Part shown: positions 1 to 15,090 of the stretch, piece by piece
Position numbering within the stretch: the first letter of the stretch is position 1
Layout: each line of letters begins with the position of its first letter
Source of the DNA: Eledone cirrhosa
Taxonomy: Eukaryota
NCBI GenBank assembly: GCA_964016885.1
Contig: OZ024740.1
Coordinates: 390,352,001 to 390,416,000, forward strand
DNA length: 64,000 nucleotides
Direction: 5' to 3'
The notes under the pieces: model-generated
What the model saw: only the letters and a program-made list of their open reading frames with translations
What the model was told of the DNA's origin: nothing
The model's database searches: none
Made by a program: the position numbers and the translations under genes

Positions 1-200
1 TTGACACTGTTGACACTGTTGACACTGCTACTCACTGTTGACACTGCTACACACTGTTGACACTATTGGCACTGCTACACACTGCTACACATTGTTGACA
101 CTGCTACACACTGTTGACACTGTTGACACTGTTAACACTGTTGACACTGTTGACACTGTTGACACTGTTGACACTGCTACTCACTGTTGACACTATTGAC
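1..200. repeat. 9-bp tandem repeat (ttgacactg)n
   Basis: Direct reading: ttgacactg/ctacacactg units; truncated by window edge. Confidence 0.9.
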
Positions 201-214
201 ACCAACTCAAATCT

Positions 215-1340
215 ATAGACACACACATACACACTAACACACACTAACACACACACACACACTAACACACACTAATACACACGGACACTAACACACACAT
301 ACACTAACACACACATACACTAACACACACTAATACACACAGACACTAACACACACACACACTAATACACACGGACACTAACACACACACACTAATACAC
401 ACATACACTAACAAACACACACACTAACACACACATACACTAACACACACACTAACACACACTAATACACACAGACACTAACACACACACACTAATACAC
501 ACAGACACTAACACACACACACTAATACACACAGACACTAACACACACACACACACTAATACACACAGACAACACACACACACACTAATACACACAGACA
601 ATAACACACACACACACATTAACACATACTAATACACACACACACCAATACACACTCATACTAATACACACAGGCATTAAAACACACACACATAGACACT
701 AACACACAGACACTAACACACACACACACACACTAACACACACTAATACAAACAGACACTAACACACACACATACTAACACACACTAATACACACACACA
801 CCAATACACACAGACATTAAAACACAGACACACACACACACAAACACTAACACACAGACACTAACACACACACACACTAACACACACCAATACACACACA
901 CACACTAATAGACATACTCACACTAAGACACAGACACTGACGCACACAAATACTCACAAACATTAACACACACACACTAATAGACATACCCACACACACA
1001 CACACACTAACACACACACACATAGACACTAATACACTAACACACACATACACTAACACACACATACACTAACGCACACACACACACACACTAATACACA
1101 CAGACACTAACACACATACTCACTAACACACACACTAACACACACACACACACACACACACACTAACACACACACTAACACACACAAACACACACACACT
1201 AATACACACAGACGCTAACACACACGCACACACTAACACACACTAATATACACAGAAACTAACACACACACACTAACGCACACTAACACACACACACATT
1301 AACACACACTAACACACATTAATACACACAGACACTAACA

Positions 1341-1384
<44 letters not shown>

Positions 1385-2520
1385 TACACACAGACACTAA
1401 CACACACTCACACTAACACACACATACACTAATACACACACACACTAACACACACTAATACACACAAACACTAACACACACAAACACTAACACACACACT
1501 AACACACACTAACACACACACACACACACACTAAAACACACAAATACATACATATACTAACACACACATACACTACCACACACACACTAACACACACATA
1601 CACTAACACACACTAACACACACACACAAAAACACACACTAATACACACGGACACTAACACACACATACACTAACACACACACATACACACACTAACACA
1701 CACTAACACACACACACACACACACTAAAACACACTAATACATACATACACTAACACACACACTAACACACACTAATATACACGGACACTAACACACACA
1801 TACACTAACACACACATACACGAACACACACACATACACACACTAACACACACTAATACACATAGACACTAACACACACACACTAACACACACATACACT
1901 AACACACACACACACTACACGCACATACACTAACGCACACACACACACACAGACACTAACATACACACACACACACACACACACTAACACACACTAATAT
2001 ACACAGACACTAACACACACACACTAATGCACACTAACACACACACACACATACTAACACACACTAATACACACAGACACTAACACACACACACTAACAC
2101 ACACATACACTAACACACACTAATACACACAGACACTAACACACACACACTAACACACACATACACTACCACACACACACACACACTAACACACACTAAT
2201 ACACCCAGACACCAACACACACACACACACTAACACACATATACACTAACACATACACTAACACACACTAACACACACACACACACACTAACACACACTA
2301 ATACACACGGACACTAACACACACACATACACACACTAATACACACAGACACTAACACACACACACACTAACACACACTAATACACACAGACACTAACAC
2401 ACACACTAACACACACATACACTAACACACACACACACACTAACACACTAATACACACAGACACTAACACACACTCACACTAATACACACACATACACAC
2501 ACTAATAGATATACTCACAC

Positions 2521-2557
<37 letters not shown>

Positions 2558-2572
2558 TAGATATACTCACAC

Positions 2573-2621
<49 letters not shown>

Positions 2622-2665
2622 TAGAGATACTCACGCTAACACATAGACACTCACACACACTCACA
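215..2665. repeat. Degenerate CA-rich compound mini/microsatellite
   Basis: Repeated (ac)n-taa / taatacacacagacactaa units. Confidence 0.9.
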
Positions 2666-2734
2666 TATGACAAATTCATTTTTATATATTGGAAACACAG
2701 CATTGTGTATTAAATGACATAACGATATATATAT

Positions 2735-3062
2735 ATGTGTGTGTGTGTGTGATTGTGCGTGTATGTGATTGTGTGTGTATGTGTATGTGTATGTGATTGT
2801 GTGTGTGTGTGTGATTGTGTGTATGTGATTGTATGTGTATGTGATTGTGAGTGTGTGTGTGTGATTGTGTGTGTATGTGATTGTATGTGTATGTGATTGT
2901 GTGTGTGTATGTGATTGTATGTTTGTGTATGTGATTGTGTGTGTCTGTATGTGTGTCTGTGACTGTATGTGTATGTGACTGTATGTGTATGTGATTGTGT
3001 GTGTGTATGTGATTGTGTGTGTGTGTGTATGTGATTGTATGTTTGTGTATGTGATTGTGTAC
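2735..3062. repeat. (gtgtatgtgatt)-type minisatellite
   Basis: Direct reading. Confidence 0.85.
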
Positions 3063-3209
3063 GCATGTATGTCTGTTTTACACATCCGTATATATAAATT
3101 TGCACCTATCCTGTCACCTATGCCACTACAGTCAACATTGTCTCACACACACACACACACACACACACCACAACTGTCACACATATACCACAACTAGTCA
3201 CACACACAG

Positions 3210-3244
<35 letters not shown>

Positions 3245-3424
3245 GTACGTAAATGAATGAATGAATGAATGAATAAATAAATAACAGCTTCTAAGATAGG
3301 CTCAAAATTTCGGGTGGAGGGGAAATCGATTGTATTAACCTCAGTACTTGACTGGTACGTTATTTTATCGAACCCTGAAGGATGATTGACAAAGTTGACC
3401 TTGTAATAATAATAATAATAATAA

Positions 3425-3603
3425 TAATTGTTTCTAATTTTGGCACAAGGCCAGAAATTATCCAGTACATTACTGGTACTTTATTTTATCGGCCCCGTAA
3501 GGATGAAAGGCAAAGTTAACCTCGACGGGATTTGAACTCAGACCGTAAAGGGACGTAACTATGCTGGAAAGCATGGCGTCCGACCCTCTACCGATACTGC
3601 CAA
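3425..3603 (-). mobile_element. tRNA-derived SINE, family A (partial second copy 3285-3405)
   Basis: Minus strand has A-box-like TGGCAGTATCGG, B box GAGTTCAAATCC, body GCCTTTCATCCTTACGGGG.CGATAAAATAAAGTACCAG and (ATT)n tail; about 20 copies in window. Confidence 0.85.
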
Positions 3604-4175
3604 TGTGTATGTGTATGTGACTGTATGTGTATGTGACTGTAATATATGAAGACGACGACGATGATGATGATGATGATGATTTCTTTATTTGCCACAAGAG
3701 CAATATATAGAAAATACAAGTCACATTGAAATAGCGTGAGCGCGTAATAAACAACAGCGGTTAACAACACGGCAACACCGACAAAAACATGCTAGTCGTC
3801 ATCATTGAACCAACTACAGACCAACCCAACAGGCTTATAGCGCTATTTTCCATCTAAAATAAATAAAAAAATGATCTTTGTTGAAACAATTATTAGAGCA
3901 GATATTTTCATATAGACAACTATAGCACGTGTTTCTTGTTTCTCTCACTCTATCGTTGTTTCTTTATCTTACCTCTCACTCTCTCTCACTCTCTCCCCCT
4001 TCTCTCTTAACATCCCTCTCTCTCTCTCTATCTGTCTCACTCTTTTCATTAGTCCGTTTGGTTTTGTTGGTGTATAAAATCACTCAGTAAGGAGGCGAAA
4101 TCTTTTCACTTAAAGTGTGTAGACCACACACACATACATATATACACGCACACAAATATATACACGCACACAAAT

Positions 4176-4240
<65 letters not shown>

Positions 4241-4255
4241 CATATATATACATAT

Positions 4256-4364
<109 letters not shown>

Positions 4365-4418
4365 ATATATATGTGTGAAGGTTTTTCAAATCCACTGTCA
4401 ATAAAGACACCAGGATTT

Positions 4419-4478
4419 TTTCATTCTGATGAATGAAAGCAATTTTGGTTGCTTTCAAGAAACCACTGGTAAATGAAA
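4419..4478 (+). ncRNA. Type I hammerhead ribozyme motif in short Penelope-type insertion (~4375-4510)
   Basis: tttcatt-CTGATGA-a-tgaaagcaa(ttttgg)ttgctttca-a-GAAA-ccactgg-TA-aatgaaa: 7-bp stem I, 9-bp stem II, near-palindromic stem III, GUA site. Confidence 0.85.
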
Positions 4479-5168
4479 TAATTATCCTATGTTGTTTATT
4501 ACATAACTATATGTATATATATATATATTTATTAAAATAACAGATTAAAGTTTAAACAAAGAATCGCTGCTTTCACCCTTAACGGGTCAATCTGTAAACG
4601 CAGAACTGGATATTTCAAAAAACGTTGCAACCGGAGGAAGACAGGAAGTTTATTATTATTACTATATATATATATATATATTTATATATATGTGTGTACG
4701 CTGTCTCCTCTCTCGACTATTTTTCAATGTACATGTATATATTTCTATGTAGAAGTATAATTTCTAGAAAGCAAAACAGAAAAAGTCAAGCTGTTAATAC
4801 AACATTTGCTATGGAAGGTTTCCTCCGCCTAAAAACTGGCATTCTTTCGATATCGTATCAGGAAAAACGATAGCTAAACAAAACAAAATACACGACATCT
4901 AAACAAAACATAAAGGAATATAAGAAATACAAAAAAAGATTGTAATACAGAGATATAAAAAACACCTTTATATAGAAAGAAAGCAAGAAATTTCGGAAGG
5001 AAAAATACATGGTTATTATTGGAAGAAATATATATAAGCGGAAGTTGAACAACGATAGCAATACGTACGGATATTATTATTAAAAAAGGGGAATAAAAAA
5101 TCATAACTTTGTGACATAACACTTGGACAAAATATCCAACAATTGACAGTCACAGGTAAGTGGGCCAA

Positions 5169-5268
<100 letters not shown>

Positions 5269-5529
5269 TTGTTTGTCAGTATATCCGTCTATATCTATCT
5301 CTGTCTATGTATGTATGTATGTATGTATGTATGTATGTATGTATGTATGTATGTATGTATGTATGTATGTATGTATGTATGTATGTGTATGTGTGTGTGT
5401 GTGTGTGTGTGTATCTATGTATGTATGTATGTATGTATGTATGTATGTACGTATGTATGTGTGTATGTATGTATGTATGTATGTATGTATGTATGTATGT
5501 ATGTATGTGTGTATGTATGTATGTATGTA

Positions 5530-5560
<31 letters not shown>

Positions 5561-5600
5561 ATGTGTGTGTATGTATGTATGTATGTATGTATGCATGTAT

Positions 5601-5634
5601 ATGGCCATCCTCGATAACGAGGGGGCAGCCATCA
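5601..5634 (+). mobile_element. Isolated 3' stem-loop end of the RTE-type TATG-associated family
   Basis: atggccatcctcgataacgagggggcagccatca directly after (TATG)n; matches 54687-54722 and 44583-44616. Confidence 0.7.
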
Positions 5635-5652
5635 TATATGTATAACACACAC

Positions 5653-5685
<33 letters not shown>

Positions 5686-5906
5686 AACGCACACACACAC
5701 ATATATATACATACACACTCACACAAAAAATTAAAACCAACACGCAGTCACATGTGCTCCTTTTTCTATTTTTTATTTATTTTCTTATCTATCTACTTGT
5801 ACTCTCCCGACGAAGGACTAATGTCCGATACGTTAACTTCTTTTCTCTCTGTCATCCAAAGCGTGAATCTAATAACACTAATTGTTTTCGCATCTCTGTG
5901 TTTGTC

Positions 5907-6010
<104 letters not shown>

Positions 6011-6013
6011 ATC

Positions 6014-6146
6014 CCGGGTTCAATCGGGGCTAACCACAGTAAGTAAGGTACTCAATACATAGCAGAGTATAAATTGTTAACATAGAAATGGCTTCTACAG
6101 GACTATGAATGAAACAGTTCTAGTCCTGTAGAAGCCATTTCTATCT
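6014..6146 (-). mobile_element. Penelope-type terminal fragment with fold-back (family of 9861 and 14138)
   Basis: Shared cccgggttcaatcgggg.taaccacagtaagtaaggtactc; inverted arms atagaaatggcttctacaggacta/tagtcctgtagaagccatttctat. Confidence 0.7.
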
Positions 6147-6212
6147 TATATATATATATAGCGATGAAATACCAATGATGGTTGGAAGATCACTGATGAA
6201 GGACTAACTTTA

Positions 6213-6277
<65 letters not shown>

Positions 6278-6566
6278 TGTGACAAGCTTACAGAATTAAT
6301 CCTGTTTCGGCTCTACACAAACCCAATTAGTTGCGAACAGGTTAGCAGGTTTGTGTGTGTGTAGGTGGGGTGTGGTGTATGTGGGGTGTGGTGTTGGAGG
6401 TGGCTGCGCTTATGAATGTATCTCTCTAATTATTACTAGATCTATCTGATTGTCAGTGTAACAATTACTTTCTATCTATGTAAACTCCCCCCTTTGTATT
6501 TGTCCCCTTCTTTTGTGCCCCTGTGGCTAATAAAGAAATATATCTATCTATCTATCTATCTATCTA

Positions 6567-6622
<56 letters not shown>

Positions 6623-7334
6623 CCTGTCTGTTTGTCTGCCTGTCTGTCTGGCTATCTATCTATTTATCTATCTATTACTTTACACACCCACACATGTACA
6701 CAAGCTCCCTCCGCCCCTCTCACTCTCACACACACAGACATTCGTCTGTGTGATAAAACATGCATACAAATACGTCTTGACCTCGCTCACGCAAACAGAC
6801 ACGCATTTAAATGAATATATATATTTTCAAATCTACATTAATTTATGATGAATCAATCGATAGAATTTGTTAGTTGCTGTTTGGTTGCATCAAGGAAGGT
6901 TTTGTATAAACTAGTTTAGAGACACATAAAGCGAAACATAGCAGCGGATACACAAACATACACACCCACTCACAAACAGACAGCTGCTACGACTCTTTCG
7001 TACCCATGTCAGCGGTTTTTTTTACAAGTATTTATCAACTTTTATTGTGTTTGTATGTGTTATGGTTGCTTTTACTGTTTCTGGTCAGCCCTGCCCGAGC
7101 AGATCTATGATTAAAAGCCATATGGTCATTTTTGGTTTTTAGACAGAGTGTATCTGGGACAGTGCGTGTATTATACAGTGTGTCATTCTATTTTTAAAGG
7201 ACATAAGGTGTGTATAAGGTTTGGCAGCTATCACCAGCAGAATAAGTGATCACCACATACAATCTGCTGCGTCGCCGTCATCTTGTCTCTGTGTTAGTGT
7301 GAGTGTTTATGTCTGTCTGTACGTCTCTCTTTAA

Positions 7335-7562
7335 CTCTCACTCACTCACTCACTCACTCACTCACTCACTCACTCACTCATTCACTCACTCACTCTCTCT
7401 CTCTCCCTCTCTCCATCTCCCTCTCCCTCCCTCTCTCTCTCTCCCTCTCCCTCCCTCTCTCTCTCTCTGTCTCTGTCCCTCTGTCTCTCTTTCTCTCTGT
7501 CTCTCTCACTCTCTGTCTCTCTCTGTCTCTCTCTCTGTCCCACTGTCTCTCTCTCTGTCCCA

Positions 7563-7638
<76 letters not shown>

Positions 7639-7652
7639 TTGTCTCTGTATCT

Positions 7653-7712
<60 letters not shown>
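7335..7712. repeat. (CTCA)n/(CT)n microsatellite
   Basis: Direct reading. Confidence 0.9.
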
Positions 7713-7714
<2 letters not shown>

Positions 7715-8846
7715 CTGCTCATAAATGGTGGAGAAACACATTGATTGTTAACTTATATGTAGCGGTAGTGCTGCAGATAAAACATTTTACTGTGTATAGA
7801 TACATCCCTGAGATATAATCCAGCCGAGATATATTATGTTATTCATCATTCAGGGATCGATAAATAAAGTACCAGTCACATACTGGAGTCGTTATAATCG
7901 ACTTCCCTTTCCTAACAAACTGTTGGCTAAATTAGAACCTTTATAATTCCATTTATATTTAGGCTGAATTATATATAAACTGCCCCGGTACACGATTGGT
8001 ACTGTATTTTACAAACTCGGGAAAGATGAAAGACAAATTTCATCGTTATGGAGTTTGAACTCAGGACATAAAGGGACACAGTTAAATACCGCAAGGTATA
8101 GAACGATTTTGCGGCGAACCTTAACTTTACGCTTAATTTTAGCGCTTTACTTTCACATTCATCATAGCTGCAGAGTGACATAAGTGATAGTGAAGTGCTA
8201 AAAATCAAAGCTCGCCTGATTGTATCAATCGAATACACATCTCTTCCCCAAATTCAATAAAGTTTTGCTTGAGTTTGCATTAGCTTTCTATGGTTACTAA
8301 AATAAACGCCTGTAATATTTTGTGACGATTGTATAGATTCTATTGGCGATAAACACTTCTCTGAAACAAAAATCCGTTTAGAATTGTAAAGTTAACCGAT
8401 TGAATCAAACGGCACTGCCGGACTAAGCACCATGTGGTATTTAGTTATGTCCCTTTAAATTATGGGATCAAATTTTGATATGGTTTTATCTTTGCCTTTG
8501 AAAGTGGTTGGAAGAGATGATCCTCAGACGGAAGGCCTATTCCAAAGTCCAGTTAGGTGTGTTAAACTTAGCGATGGATTGTCTACCAGCCGAAAACAGA
8601 GGATCGTTCTACAGGATCAAAAGAACAGCATGAAGACATGTCACTACAGAATAAATGTCACTTCACTTATTTCACCAAGGCTGTTTACTTTCGTAATGCA
8701 GTGGCGGGCAGCCGACATGTTCGATATTTTCGGACACAATAGAAAGCGTAGTAGAATAAACTAAATAAAAAGAAGCTTTCAATGAAATATTTGTTTATTC
8801 TGAATAGTAAATTTCTAGTTGCCAACTGCAGTTTAAAACAAGACTT

Positions 8847-8916
<70 letters not shown>

Positions 8917-9242
8917 TCCACATCCACGCACACACTCACATATGCAAACGTACACACACGCAAGCAAACGTACACACATATGCAAACGTACACACACGCA
9001 AACAAACACACACCCGCAGACTTATACACAGATCGAAAGTGGAAATAAAAGACAAAAAGAAAAAGAAAAGATGAAAAAAAAAAAGTATTTTAGCACGTGC
9101 AGCTGCAGAAGTCAACCATATATTCCAGCCTCCTTCATTAGGAGAGCTAGCAGAAACCAATCTTGATCTTGATATTGATCACTATATATTTGTGTATATA
9201 AGACTGTGTGTGCATGTATATATATATATATATATATATATA

Positions 9243-9669
9243 GTTAAAAGAATAGAGGTGTAACACACAAGTTATTATATATTGGTAAACGGAATAGAAA
9301 ATGCTGACAAATTGTTCACAGTTGAAAAATGGTTTAATTAGGAATAAAAGAGTATTAGTGATTGTATGGGTTAGTATTCAGTTGTGGTTTTAAGTTTTTA
9401 AGTTTTTACGGGTTGCGCATTTCTAAATGCTTTTCAAAAATAATTTTGAGATAGAGTGTCCGTGCTGTTTGCTCTGATCTGAGCAAACAGCACGGACACT
9501 CTATCTCAAAATTATTTTTGAAAAGCATTTAGAAATGCGCAACCGGTAAAAACTTAAAAACTTAAAACCACAACTGAATACTAACCCATACAATCACTAA
9601 TACTCTTTTATTCCCAATTAAACCATTTTTCAACTGTGAACAATTTGTCTGCATTTTCTATTCCGTTTA

Positions 9670-9675
<6 letters not shown>
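9243..9675. mobile_element. Fold-back element with ~200-bp arms in (TA)n; probable inverted Penelope pLTR
   Basis: Near-perfect palindrome centred at 9477 (gctc-tgatct-gagc); hammerhead-like motif at 9515-9551 and its mirror at 9404-9440; second copy at 16450. Confidence 0.75.
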
Positions 9676-9744
<69 letters not shown>

Positions 9745-9860
9745 TCATACACACAGATACATACATACATACATACATACATACATACATACATACATAC
9801 ATACATACATACATACATACATACATACACACACACTCACATATATATAAATAAGTTTAT

Positions 9861-10006
9861 CCCGGGTTCAATCGGGGGTAACCACAGTAAGTAAGGTACT
9901 CAATTCAAAGCAGAGTATAAATATTTAATATAGAAAAGGTTCTACAGGACTAGAACTGTTTCATTCGGGAGAATTGAAACAGTTCTAGTCCCGTAGAAGC
10001 CTTTTC

Positions 10007-10012
<6 letters not shown>
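9861..10012 (-). mobile_element. Penelope-type terminal fragment with fold-back
   Basis: Same family as 6014 and 14138; inverted arms around 9965. Confidence 0.7.
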
Positions 10013-10060
<48 letters not shown>

Positions 10061-10066
10061 CGAGAG

Positions 10067-10125
10067 AGGGTGTCCACCAAAAATGTGTACAGACTTCAGC
10101 AGCAGATAACTCAAAGTGTTACACC

Positions 10126-10128
<3 letters not shown>
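10067..10128. mobile_element. Tiny Tc1/mariner-type MITE relic
   Basis: agggtgt...acaccctg-TA termini, same end motif as the maT TIR at 63336. Confidence 0.45.
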
Positions 10129-10204
<76 letters not shown>

Positions 10205-10402
10205 AGTGTGTGTGTGTGTGTGTATGAAGTATCTGTGGTGCGAAGTTCGAGACGACCACAAATCAGAATAGAACTCGATGCATCTGGAGTTAGAGACAGA
10301 TGAGGTAAAGGAATGTATTGTCAATATATTGACAAAACATTCCTTTGAAGAAGCTTTGGAATTACAAGCTGAAATGGCAGGGCTTGCGGTCAGATCTTTA
10401 CC

Positions 10403-10455
<53 letters not shown>

Positions 10456-10805
10456 GCGAAGTGGCGGCAAAGTCCTTAGACGTCGGATTAAACGCCGCGA
10501 AATTTGTACCATCTTTCAAATCCTGTCGATCTCAACTTTGTTTTTCATCATTTGGTGGTCGATAAGTAAACCATCAGCCCAGTGCTGGCGGATTGGTGGA
10601 ATTGCTGAAAGTCTGACGAGATACTTTGCTGTATCTGATCCGATTCTGTGTGTTCTGAGTTCAAATTCCATCTCGTTCTGACAGGTGTTAATACCGGCGG
10701 TTAGTTTCAGCAATAGAAATACAAATAGAAACATTGTTTCCATGGTTCAATCTGATGATCGGCTTCATTCTCCCTCCTCTTTATGATACACCTCCCCCTG
10801 CCCTC

Positions 10806-10873
<68 letters not shown>

Positions 10874-10968
10874 TTATATAGATGTAGAACACTGGAAGGT
10901 AATATCCGTAGTGGTAGAGCACTCAGTCCATGGGACGAGTTTGGTAGAAGTAGTAACACAACAGTTAC

Positions 10969-11560
10969 TTTACTTAACAAACATTTATATTTAGAACATA
11001 AGTATTTTAAGATCTTTAACAGAAATACGGTTTAATTAGCCTATTCAACATATCAAAGCTTACACAAAGCATGATGTCTTCCAATATAGCTAAATTACTG
11101 AATCATAACTTTACTGCCAATGTTGATTATAGATGTAATGACAATTGAAATCGTATATATAGGAATAATTGCACTTTAAATGAGAAGTGTTTGATTAGCA
11201 ATGTAGCATACAATTGTTCGGTTAGTACCATTACCACCGGTAAGGCTTATATCGGTTTAACAGCTAATAGATTCATGTTCACATATATGCGCAACAATTT
11301 ATTTCAGAACCCAGCTAGAGGGAGTATAATTTCATTATCAACCTACATTTGGAGGTTGAAAGACACAAAGAAACATTTAGTATGAGTTAATGCGAGATTT
11401 AGACGAAGGTTAGATCATATAATGGTAATATGAATCCATGTAATTTATGTGCTGTTGAAGCATTGGACATTATTTGCTAATGATCATATCCTGAATAAGA
11501 TTTCAGAAATTATTTCGGCTTGTAAGCAGAGGATATATAAGACTTTTATATTGCAGTCAT
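10969..11560 (+). pseudogene. Decayed Penelope-like element ORF C-terminus (RT linker + GIY-YIG endonuclease), Naiad-like
   Basis: KH..EHKYFKIFNRNTV*LAYS, C.LNEKCLISNVAY, YIGLT, LSTYIWRLKD, YNGN..PCNLC..E, ILNKISEIISAC with stops and frameshifts. Confidence 0.85.
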
Positions 11561-11855
11561 AACATGAATCCAACCAAACCATACGTATTTACGTCTAAAT
11601 AACAATCTAATTATTTATATTTCATGAAGCCATGAATATTGAATATTGTGTGATATTGTAGTCTGAACTCATAAGTTTGAATTAATTTACGTGAAATGTC
11701 TTTTACAGACTTATACAGTTGATGAATTTCACTCAATTTATAATATATATATAAGTATTAGTACATGTTTAAGCTCGTCGGTTATTGTAATGTATGTGTG
11801 AATTTAGGTGTAGGTATGTATTGTACATATATGCGCAAAATATTCGTATGTGCAC

Positions 11856-11919
<64 letters not shown>

Positions 11920-12054
11920 AAATATATATATATATGTATATATGTATGTATGTACACTTACATATCTTATGGGTGCATATGGAAGCATAATTGATGCGTT
12001 TATATATAATAAACATACGTATGTTTGTTTATATGTATGTATACAGGTATGTAT

Positions 12055-12086
<32 letters not shown>

Positions 12087-12528
12087 GTATGTGTGTGTAT
12101 GTGTGTATCTATTTACCTATCCATCAACGTAGTATTTGTGTAAATGTGAGTGGGAGGTCTAGGAGTCTGTGTAACAACAGAGGAACACAGTAATATATGT
12201 ATGTACACGACTGCCTACAAGTCTGAAGACATTTGAAATCAAAGGTAAGAAGGGATTACATGACTTCATATGAATAATAATATGAGTATCAGAATAATTC
12301 CTCCAAATAGATGTATATATGTGAACTGGTGTCTGTGGGCGGCTGTACGTGTGTATGGAATTGTAGGTGGCGTCGGTGTTGGATGGGCGACATTTCTGAA
12401 TGTATGTGGGTCATTATGTAATTTGTATGTGTATGTGTGTGTGTGTGTATGTATGTATATATATGTGTGTATGTGCTTAAACATATATATATATATATAT
12501 ATATTGTTATTATATATATATATATATT

Positions 12529-12608
<80 letters not shown>

Positions 12609-12743
12609 TATTTATATAATATATATATATATATATATATAATATATATATTTATATAATATATATATTTATATAATATATATATATATATTTATATATA
12701 TATATATATACATATATATATAGTTTATATATATATTTATATA

Positions 12744-12775
<32 letters not shown>

Positions 12776-12973
12776 ATATATACATATATATATTTATATA
12801 TATATATATACATATATATATATAGTTTATATATATATATATATATATATGTAAGAGCACTCTTTTTTTCTTTGCTTTTCCTCGGAATTAACTAACATAT
12901 ATATATATTCAATGTGGTCTACCTTTCGTAAAATAACTTGCCTTCGTTATTATTATCGTTGTTAAACTAATAT

Positions 12974-13050
<77 letters not shown>

Positions 13051-13199
13051 ATGTGTGTATGTGTGTGTGTGTGTGTATGTGTAATTGATATATACGAATT
13101 ATTTCCTCTTGGACTGCCAAGTAGTTTTGTTAAGGATGTTATCAATGTACAGATGAGAGTTTTCATAAATGGAAAAATGGAATTAATTATTATTATTAT

Positions 13200-13795
13200 G
13201 CTTTGCAGCATAGGAGTGATGGCCCTTTACGTTCTGAGTTCAAATCTCGCCGAGGTTAACTTTGCTTTTTATCCTTACGGGGTCGATAAAATAAAGCACC
13301 AGTAACTTACTGAGGTCGATTTAATCGACTCTCCCTTCCCCCAAAATTGCTGTCCTTGTGCCTATAGTAGAAATCATTATTTGGCAGAATCGTTAAGGTC
13401 CTGGACAAAGAGCTTCGTGACATTTATTTATGACGCTTTAAGTTCTGAGTTCAAGTCCCGCCGAATTCATTGTTACCTTTCATACTTTTGGGGCTGATAA
13501 AAGAAAGTACCAATGGAGTACTTCGGTCAATATAATCGACTCTCCCCACCGCTCCAAATGGCTGGTCTTGTGCCTTAATTAGAAGCCATTATAATTAATA
13601 ATTTAGCAGAATTGGTAGAGCGTCGGACCAAATGCCTTGCAGCATAGAGTTATGGCCCTTGACATGTTGGGTTCAAATCCCGCCGAGGTTAGCTTTGCCT
13701 TTCATCTTTATGGGGTCGATAAATAAAGTACCTGTCTTGCACTGGGTCGATTTAATCGACTTTCCCCTCCCCCTTGTGCCTAAAGTAAAAATAAT
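13200..13795 (+). mobile_element. Three head-to-tail diverged family A SINE copies
   Basis: Three B boxes (gttcaaatc/gttcaagtc), each followed by the family body and tail. Confidence 0.8.
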
Positions 13796-14027
13796 TATAA
13801 TTAATTATTTCAATATATTTTTCATCTAAATATTTTTATATTACTATTTTGATTTTATATATTTTATTAATTTGAAGCTAGAGGGATTTATTTACATTTT
13901 AACAGACAATCTATTGAGCCTACTTCTGTACATACATACACACACGTACCACACATATGCGCGCACACACACACACATATATATATTTTTATTTAATTTA
14001 ATTGCATAATAAAAAATACAATATAAT

Positions 14028-14101
14028 TATTCCATTACCAAAGGTTTCAAGAAACTAGACGATCCTTACAGAAACATCCAGCTCGTTCATCAGATGAAAT
14101 A
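14028..14101 (-). ncRNA. Type I hammerhead ribozyme motif
   Basis: Reverse complement: tatttcat-CTGATGA-long stem II (gagctggatg/cgtctagttt)-GAAA-cctttgg-TA-atggaata. Confidence 0.75.
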
Positions 14102-14137
14102 GTTATATTATATATATATATATATAGGTAAGTTATT

Positions 14138-14695
14138 CCGGGTTGAATCGGAGGTAACCACAGTAAGTAAGGTACTCAATACATGGCAGAGTATAAAAGT
14201 TTTAATATAGATGAGATTCTACAGGACTAGAACTGTTTCATTCTTTAGAAATCATCAGGAATCTGGCTTTTCAAAAATAGATGTAGTGGTATTTATATCT
14301 TTTCAGGTGGTAGGAGAGGGTGGGGAGTGGGATGGGTGGAGGTCATTGGTTGAAAGAAAAGGGAATTCATTAAAAGCTAATTCTTTAAGTCTATAGTTTA
14401 TATTTAGAGTGACAAAGTCAGAAAGGATTCTATAAACAGGTTCAGAATGGGGTGCCACTCCTTATTTTTAAGTTTCTCTTAAGCTAACAATGCCTATATT
14501 TCGGTGTCTATAAGGTGGTTGGGGGTTGGTCATGGTTGATGGATTTAAAGAAAAGGGAAATTCTTTAAAAGCTAATTCTTTAAAGCTCTACTTAGCACGT
14601 GACAAAGGCCAACAGAATTCTATAAACTAGTTCAAAATATTGGGTGTCTATCATTATTGTCATATTTCTCTTAAGCTATATTCCAGGTGTCAAGA
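14138..14695 (-). mobile_element. Longer Penelope-type 3' fragment with internal ~190-bp diverged tandem duplication
   Basis: Shares terminus with 6014/9861; 14350-14500 resembles 14545-14685; contains a hammerhead motif. Confidence 0.65.
14214..14264 (-). ncRNA. Type I hammerhead ribozyme motif
   Basis: Reverse complement: agattc-CTGATGA-tttctaaagaat-GAAA-cag(ttctagtc)ctg-TA-gaatct. Confidence 0.8.
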
Positions 14696-14716
14696 GACAC
14701 ATTCACATACACACAC

Positions 14717-14857
<141 letters not shown>

Positions 14858-14930
14858 AAGAAAAAGAGATGAAATCGAAAATGCAACTGGAGTCTTATTT
14901 AAAAAAAAATATATATATATTTATTTGGTT

Positions 14931-14965
14931 CCTTTACCGGTTTCGCAGTTCTGCTTTTCAAAAGG
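14931..14965 (-). ncRNA. Minimal hammerhead motif, U3-A8 core variant (element ~14857-15000; decayed copy 16840-16990)
   Basis: Reverse complement: cctt-TTGAAAA-gcag(aa)ctgc-GAAA-ccgg-TA-aagg. Confidence 0.75.
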
Positions 14966-14996
14966 TGAGTTGAGATGGAGGGTCTGTGGTTTTTCT

Positions 14997-15036
<40 letters not shown>

Positions 15037-15090
15037 TATATATATATATATACATACACACACATAGATATACATATATATATATACACA

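Noticed and set aside
5804-5836. Hammerhead at cccgacgaaggactaatgtccgatacg
   Set aside because: Two core mismatches and no clear stem I; at best a decayed relic
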